DNA of 53,512 nucleotides from Candidatus Woesearchaeota archaeon (GTDB lineage Archaea; Nanobdellota; Nanobdellia; Woesearchaeales; JACPBV01): NCBI GenBank assembly GCA_019323195.1, contig JAHWHQ010000035.1, positions 1 to 53,512 of the forward strand, read 5' to 3'. Shown piece by piece: positions 48,944 to 53,512 of this stretch (position 1 is its first letter; each line of letters starts with the position of its first letter). The notes under the pieces were generated by a model. It saw only the letters and a program-made list of their open reading frames with translations, ran no database searches and was not told where the DNA came from. The position numbers and the translations under genes were made by a program.

Positions 48944-50044
48944 TTATGCAGGCATGTCAGACAGGAGCCTGAATATGTTCTCCTTGAACCTGAAGAAGTC
49001 CTTCTTCTGGATTATGGCCCCTGCTGCGCTCCTGTGGCCTCCTGCATTGGCCCTGTGAAGGTTCTTTATCGACCTTTCCAGCAGCTCGTTCACTGCTATC
49101 TTCCCGTCATACCTCCTTGCGCTTATGTTTATGGTGTTCTTGTTCATGTCCTGTGTAATAACTACCGTCTTGTCGGGATATTTCTGGCTTAGGGACTTTA
49201 TGACAGAGGGGTTTATGAAGTATTTCGGCTTTATGTTGTCAAAGACAAGGCCCAGCTTGGGGTATACCTCAGCCAGTTTATTTACATTGCTGTTCCAGTA
49301 CCTTATCTCTTTCTTTATCCTCCGGTCGCATTCCTGCAGCTTTGAGCTGTACAGCTCCTTGTGGGTCTTTGAGCTGCACAACAAGTCGTAGCAGACCTTT
49401 GTGTTCTTTATGTTGTAGGCTATGCTGTGGAATATCATCTTTGTTATCTTATAAAGCTCGGAATCGTTTATCCTGGCAGTGTTCTGCATCCTGTACCTTT
49501 TAAATACTTTATTTACAAAAGGCTTCCAGTAGTCATAGCCGGAATCGCCGAGTATGCCTATGGCAGCGAGCCAGTCAAGGCCTTTAAGGTTGACGACCTT
49601 CTTTCCAAGGTCAAGGCACAGCTTTGAGCAGCAGTAAAAGTCAGGGTTGGCGCTGGCAAATACCATCTGGGGCTTTATAAGGACAGTCTTCCCGGAATTT
49701 ACGTTCCTGTACAGCTTGTGATGGTCCAGGATAAGGACGTCTGAGAGCTTCTCGATAGCCTTTATCTCAGGGATCTGGTCTATGCTCAGGTCGCAGAATA
49801 TTAATTTGTTTATCCTCTTCTTCCTTATGCTGCTTATTATATCCTGGGGTATGAAAGGGCTGTAGGTATAGGCTGAATAGTCTGCCTCTTTCTTCCTCAG
49901 CCTTCTGATGATGTTTGAGAAGATAGCCGCAGAGCAGACACCGTCAGGGTCTGAATGGTAGACTATCCCTACCTTATCATCCTTTTTTATGCCCAGGACA
50001 AATTCCCTGAACCTTTGTATGAGTCTTTGGTTTTTGATCTTCAT
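48944..50044 (-). CDS. DHH/DHHA1 family phosphoesterase (NrnA/RecJ-like)
   Basis: Motifs HSDPDGVCSA, ILDHHK (DHH) and the C-terminal GGHRSAAG (DHHA1). Confidence 0.8.
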   Translation of the reverse strand: MKIKNQRLIQRFREFVLGIKKDDKVGIVYHSDPDGVCSAAIFSNIIRRLRKKEADYSAYTYSPFIPQDIISSIRKKRINKLIFCDLSIDQIPEIKAIEKLSDVLILDHHKLYRNVNSGKTVLIKPQMVFASANPDFYCCSKLCLDLGKKVVNLKGLDWLAAIGILGDSGYDYWKPFVNKVFKRYRMQNTARINDSELYKITKMIFHSIAYNIKNTKVCYDLLCSSKTHKELYSSKLQECDRRIKKEIRYWNSNVNKLAEVYPKLGLVFDNIKPKYFINPSVIKSLSQKYPDKTVVITQDMNKNTINISARRYDGKIAVNELLERSIKNLHRANAGGHRSAAGAIIQKKDFFRFKENIFRLLSDMPA

Positions 50045-50050
50045 TTTAAT

Positions 50051-50818
50051 CTATTCAAGCTCCGCAAAAAAGTAGTATGGTGTTGTTTCACCTGATCCTG
50101 TAGGGTGCTCATCCTCCCCTACGATCAGCTGGAAATCGCTCGTTTCTGAGCCCGGCTTATAGTCGTCAAAATCCTCTTCAAGAAGGGCTGTGAAGATTAT
50201 GCTTACATTGTCTGTCAGCAGTATCTCCTTGAACCTGCTCATCTGGTAGGATTCATTGACATACATATATGTCATGGGGCAGGAATCGTTTACATTTATG
50301 TGGACATCCCCTACATAGAAGCCGGCAGCATCTGAATAGGTTGCGTTGAACGTCTCATCCACGCCGTCAACATCATCGCTGTTCATCCCGAACATGCTTT
50401 CCAGTACGCTCAGGTTTATCATCTCACTTCCGTTTCCGGTTGTGGGGGCTGTATAGTTCACGCATTTTACCTTTATCCATGTGACTGAGCTTGAGTTGGA
50501 GGCATAGATCTCTCCCTGCGGCGAGCTAAGGACCCAATCATACATGGTGTAGTTGCTTGCGTCATCCAATGTTATGGCGCCTGTGATGTTTCCGTAATAG
50601 CCCTGCCATGACCTTGTGGCTGAGGTGCTTACGATGTTTATGGCAGTGATGTTCCCTGCCTCTGCGTTTAGCTGAACAGGAGGTGCGGCCCCTCTTGTCT
50701 GAGCAGTGCTTTCATTTATGCTAGAGGGACCGCTCGGCACGGCAAATAAAAACGAGGTAAACATAATCAAGATGACAAGAAACAATGCTGCTTTTATGAT
50801 TGTTATTGTTTTTTTCAT
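50051..50818 (-). CDS. secreted hypothetical protein
   Basis: 255 aa with N-terminal signal/TM MKKTITIIKAALFLVILIMFTSFLFA and several N-x-S/T sequons. Lies 6 nt upstream of the DHH gene. Confidence 0.6.
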   Translation of the reverse strand: MKKTITIIKAALFLVILIMFTSFLFAVPSGPSSINESTAQTRGAAPPVQLNAEAGNITAINIVSTSATRSWQGYYGNITGAITLDDASNYTMYDWVLSSPQGEIYASNSSSVTWIKVKCVNYTAPTTGNGSEMINLSVLESMFGMNSDDVDGVDETFNATYSDAAGFYVGDVHINVNDSCPMTYMYVNESYQMSRFKEILLTDNVSIIFTALLEEDFDDYKPGSETSDFQLIVGEDEHPTGSGETTPYYFFAELE

Positions 50819-50860
50819 TTGCCTTACCTTTTGTTTTGTATCTATCTACCTACTTCATAA

Positions 50861-50878
50861 ACGAAAGATTTATATATA
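50861..50878 (+). promoter_or_regulatory. BRE/TATA-like promoter element
   Basis: ACGAAAGATTTATATATA lies about 84 nt upstream of the ATG at 50945. Confidence 0.4.
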
Positions 50879-50944
50879 CTTTATGTACTTATAGTATTGT
50901 CAGTATGGTTTGTATATACTTATCTTCGGTAGAGGTGAGGCAAA

Positions 50945-51889
50945 ATGCATACGAGAAGGCTTGTCAAATCAGGGGCATCGTCCTATACGGTCTCGCTGCC
51001 AAAGGAATGGCTTGAGAGGAATAAGCTGAAAAGGGGAAATATGGTATATATAAAGGAGAAATCACCCGGCGAGCTGTCAATATCGCCGGAATCTGTCGAG
51101 GAGCCTTTAAAAGCAAGGGAGATAACGATAAATGTGGATGACAAGGAGCTGGGGACGATAGAAAGGGAGATAACCTCTGCTTATGTCAATAACTATAATA
51201 CCATACGCATAACAGGCAGCACCCTTATTGACAAGACGAAGGATATAAGGAGGATACTGCATAATTTTACTGCTCTGGAGATAACAGAGCAAAGGGCTGA
51301 AAGGATCGTAGCAAAAGACCTGCTGAACCTGAAGGAGGTCTCTATAGAGACCTCAATAAGAAGGATGGACATGATAATAAGGTCGATGATGCAGGACATA
51401 GGGAGCATAAGGAACAAGAGCATACTCGAAAACATCCAGTTCAGGGATTTTGACGTGAACAAGCTCTATTTTCTCCTGTTCAGGCTCATAAAAGGGGCGT
51501 TGAACGACCCTGTCCTGGCAGGACATTTTGATATTGACAGCGAAAAAGCCCTTTCAGTCTGGTATCTTGCGGTGAACCTGGAGAATATAGCAGACTGCTG
51601 CAAGAGCATATGCCTTAACCTGACCAGGGTAGGGGAGGAATACGACCTGGCAGAGTTTGAGGAGCTTTACAAGAAGGTTATGGGATATTATTTTGATGTC
51701 ATGAAGGCATACTACAAGAAAGACAAGAAACTGGCAGACAATGTTGCCCTGAACAGGAACGGCGTAATAGACAGATGCGTATTGCTCTCTGAGAAGAACA
51801 AGGGGTTTGAGATGCTGAACCTGTGGGGAAGCTTAAAGGAGATAGAGAACCTTATCTGCAATATAGGCAGGATCGTTATTGACGGGTGA
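50945..51889 (+). CDS. AbrB/SpoVT-domain + PhoU-domain regulator (archaeal PhoU-like)
   Basis: The N-terminal RRLVKSGASSYTVSLPKEWLERNKLKRGNMVYI (SpoVT/AbrB) is followed by two helical PhoU-like repeats. Confidence 0.8.
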   Translation: MHTRRLVKSGASSYTVSLPKEWLERNKLKRGNMVYIKEKSPGELSISPESVEEPLKAREITINVDDKELGTIEREITSAYVNNYNTIRITGSTLIDKTKDIRRILHNFTALEITEQRAERIVAKDLLNLKEVSIETSIRRMDMIIRSMMQDIGSIRNKSILENIQFRDFDVNKLYFLLFRLIKGALNDPVLAGHFDIDSEKALSVWYLAVNLENIADCCKSICLNLTRVGEEYDLAEFEELYKKVMGYYFDVMKAYYKKDKKLADNVALNRNGVIDRCVLLSEKNKGFEMLNLWGSLKEIENLICNIGRIVIDG

Positions 51890-52025
51890 AGTTGTTCTTA
51901 GGCTTATGTCCGGTTGGCAGCTTTAAAATAACCAGTTTGATCGCTATTTTTATCACTTCTTTCAGATTACATAATTATTTATAACATCTTGATTTTTGTC
52001 CTTAAAAAACAGCGAGGTGGGAAAA

Positions 52026-53512
52026 ATGGGGATTAAAAAATTCTTGGCGTTGTTGAGTGTTGTGCTTTTAGCGTCAGTATATATCGCAAGCGCAGAGACA
52101 ATATTCTTCGACGGGTTTGAGAGCGGAAGCTTTGGCGAGTGGACAGAGTCTGTGGAGTATGACTGGAATGTTGAGACGCCGGCAGAGCTGAACATACCAG
52201 GGTATCCTTCGGGAAATCTGGTTGCACATGCAGACAACTGCGATTCTGGGTGCTATCTTACGTTGAAGGATGCAATAGACCTAAGCTCTTATGAGAATGT
52301 GACTGTTAAATTCTACAGGTATGTTGATAATGCTTTGGACAATGGTGAGTATCTTAAGGTTGAGGCTTATGACGGCAGTTCGTGGAACCAGATATTCTAC
52401 TGGACAAACGGGGCAGGGGATGATAATACATGGCATTATGAGACATGGAATGTCCCTGCCGGCTACCTGGTGAGCAATTTTAAGATAAGGTATGTTACAA
52501 AAGAGAGCCAGACTAAGGAGGAGGTAGAGGTTGATGATGTTAAGATAGAAGGAACACCTTCTGGAGAGCCTGACTCGTGCTCTGACACAGACGGCGGGAA
52601 TGTTATTGCTACATTCGGTACAACCTCCGGCTATTACGGCGGCATCCCTTACAGCAATGATGACTACTGTGTCGATGCCAGCAACGTAATGGAGCACTAT
52701 TGCAGCGGCGACTATGAGCAGAGCCAGCAGCAGAGCTGCGGCACAGACGGCTATGGTTCAGCATACTGTTCTGGTGATCTTGTCTATAAGGACTACACTG
52801 ACTATTGGTGCGCATTAGGAGAATGTTTAGATAATGCTACGCCTGTCCTTCAGGAGGACTGCGATTCCTATGACAGCTATGGCGCTCCATACTGCTCTAA
52901 CTCTTCAGTCTACAGGGACTATAGCGACTATTACTGCAGCGGCGGGTCATGCAGCTATACAACATATCCTGAATGGGTGGAAAACTGTGATTATGGCTGC
53001 ACTAACGGAACATGCGATCCTGTTTCTGACTCGTGCTCTGACACAGACGGCGGGAATGTTATTGCTACATTCGGGACAACCTCCGGGTATTACGGCGGCG
53101 TCCCTTACAGCAATGATGACTACTGTGTCGATGTCAACAACATAATGGAGCACTACTGCAGTGGCGACTATGAGCAGAGCCAGCAGCAGAGCTGCGGCAC
53201 AGACGGCTATGGTTCAGCATACTGTTCTGCTGATCTGGTGTATAAGGACTATAATGACTATTTCTGCTCTGTAGGAGCATGTTCTTATAATGCCACGCCT
53301 GTCCTGCAGGAGGACTGCGATTCCTATGACAACTATGGCTCAACATACTGCTTTAACTCTTCGGTCTATAAGGACTATAACGACTATTACTGCAGCGCCG
53401 GTGCATGTAACTATACAACATATCCTGAATGGGTAGAAAACTGTGATTATGGCTGCACTAACGGAACATGCGATCCTGTTTCTGACTCGTGCTCTGACAC
53501 AGACGGCGGGAA
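52026..53512 (+). CDS. secreted Cys-rich repeat protein, 3'-open at the window edge (absent from ORF track)
   Basis: ATG preceded by GAGGTGGG. Signal peptide MGIKKFLALLSVVLLASVYIASA. N-terminal domain ETIFFDGFESGSFGEWTE..., then 152-aa Cys/Tyr/Asp-rich units (DSCSDTDGGNVIATFGTTSGYYGG.PYSNDDYCVD...). The frame is open to base 53512. Confidence 0.75.
   Translation, partial: MGIKKFLALLSVVLLASVYIASAETIFFDGFESGSFGEWTESVEYDWNVETPAELNIPGYPSGNLVAHADNCDSGCYLTLKDAIDLSSYENVTVKFYRYVDNALDNGEYLKVEAYDGSSWNQIFYWTNGAGDDNTWHYETWNVPAGYLVSNFKIRYVTKESQTKEEVEVDDVKIEGTPSGEPDSCSDTDGGNVIATFGTTSGYYGGIPYSNDDYCVDASNVMEHYCSGDYEQSQQQSCGTDGYGSAYCSGDLVYKDYTDYWCALGECLDNATPVLQEDCDSYDSYGAPYCSNSSVYRDYSDYYCSGGSCSYTTYPEWVENCDYGCTNGTCDPVSDSCSDTDGGNVIATFGTTSGYYGGVPYSNDDYCVDVNNIMEHYCSGDYEQSQQQSCGTDGYGSAYCSADLVYKDYNDYFCSVGACSYNATPVLQEDCDSYDNYGSTYCFNSSVYKDYNDYYCSAGACNYTTYPEWVENCDYGCTNGTCDPVSDSCSDTDGG
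52569..53512 (+). repeat. 456-bp tandem repeat, about 2.07 copies, running off the window
   Basis: TGACTCGTGCTCTGACACAGACGGCGGGAA recurs at 52571, 53027 and 53483 (period 456 nt, or 152 codons). The copies are about 90% identical by eye. Confidence 0.85.

Noticed and set aside
52281-53346. Four minus-strand ORFs from the track (52281..52697, 52609..52815, 52947..53153, 53134..53346) with repetitive Cys/Arg/Ser-rich products
   Set aside because: They are antisense shadows of the 456-bp tandem repeat. The plus frame has an SD, a signal peptide and a coherent domain/repeat structure, and it stays open for about 1.5 kb.
52569-53512. Diversity-generating retroelement (template/variable repeat) explanation for the near-identical repeats
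   Set aside because: Differences between the copies are not restricted to adenine positions, the repeats are in tandem within one ORF, and no reverse transcriptase gene is present in the window.

Overview
This 53.5-kb window reads as an archaeal chromosome segment, probably from a small-genome, DPANN-like uncultivated archaeon. That placement is an inference from several things: a tRNA split by a ~71-nt intron, BRE/TATA-like promoters combined with GGTG-type Shine-Dalgarno sites, a FlaI/PilB-type ATPase next to a FlaJ/TadC-like membrane protein, a dimeric-type GlyRS, and archaeal-style small wHTH/RHH regulators. All three stop codons are used.

Housekeeping genes I can support:
- glycine--tRNA ligase, ribulose-phosphate 3-epimerase, and a glutaredoxin-like protein with thioredoxin reductase
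- a YhhQ-type queuosine-precursor transporter, an M50 protease, and a PspC-domain protein
- two SAM methyltransferases, an OB-fold SSB, a PhoU-like regulator, and a DHH/DHHA1 phosphoesterase
- a GT3 glycogen synthase and a glycogen debranching enzyme

These are interleaved with accessory, often visibly AT-richer insertions:
- two RelE-type toxin-antitoxin pairs and an MNT-HEPN pair
- a DpnI-like endonuclease next to a DPPY methyltransferase
- a 163-bp MITE-like element with a 9-bp target duplication
- an ~88-nt double-hairpin repeat present twice
- several operons of unknown function

The most system-like candidates are:
1. A minus-strand operon (25603-32588) encoding two RHH proteins, a 1361-aa PKD-containing surface protein and a membrane-anchored HerA/FtsK-like ATPase.
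2. A ~5-kb insertion splitting the glycogen gene pair. It carries a TA pair, a cytoplasmic S1/P1-PLC-like protein, a TM + PD-(D/E)xK-like + TPR protein, and a 651-aa internally repeated protein.
3. A PocR-GAF-GGDEF diguanylate cyclase in an apparently archaeal context.

The ORF track misses several short genes (<60 aa). It also misses a large open-ended gene at the 3' edge that contains 456-bp near-identical tandem repeats. All homology statements are by-eye motif recognition. No searches were run.
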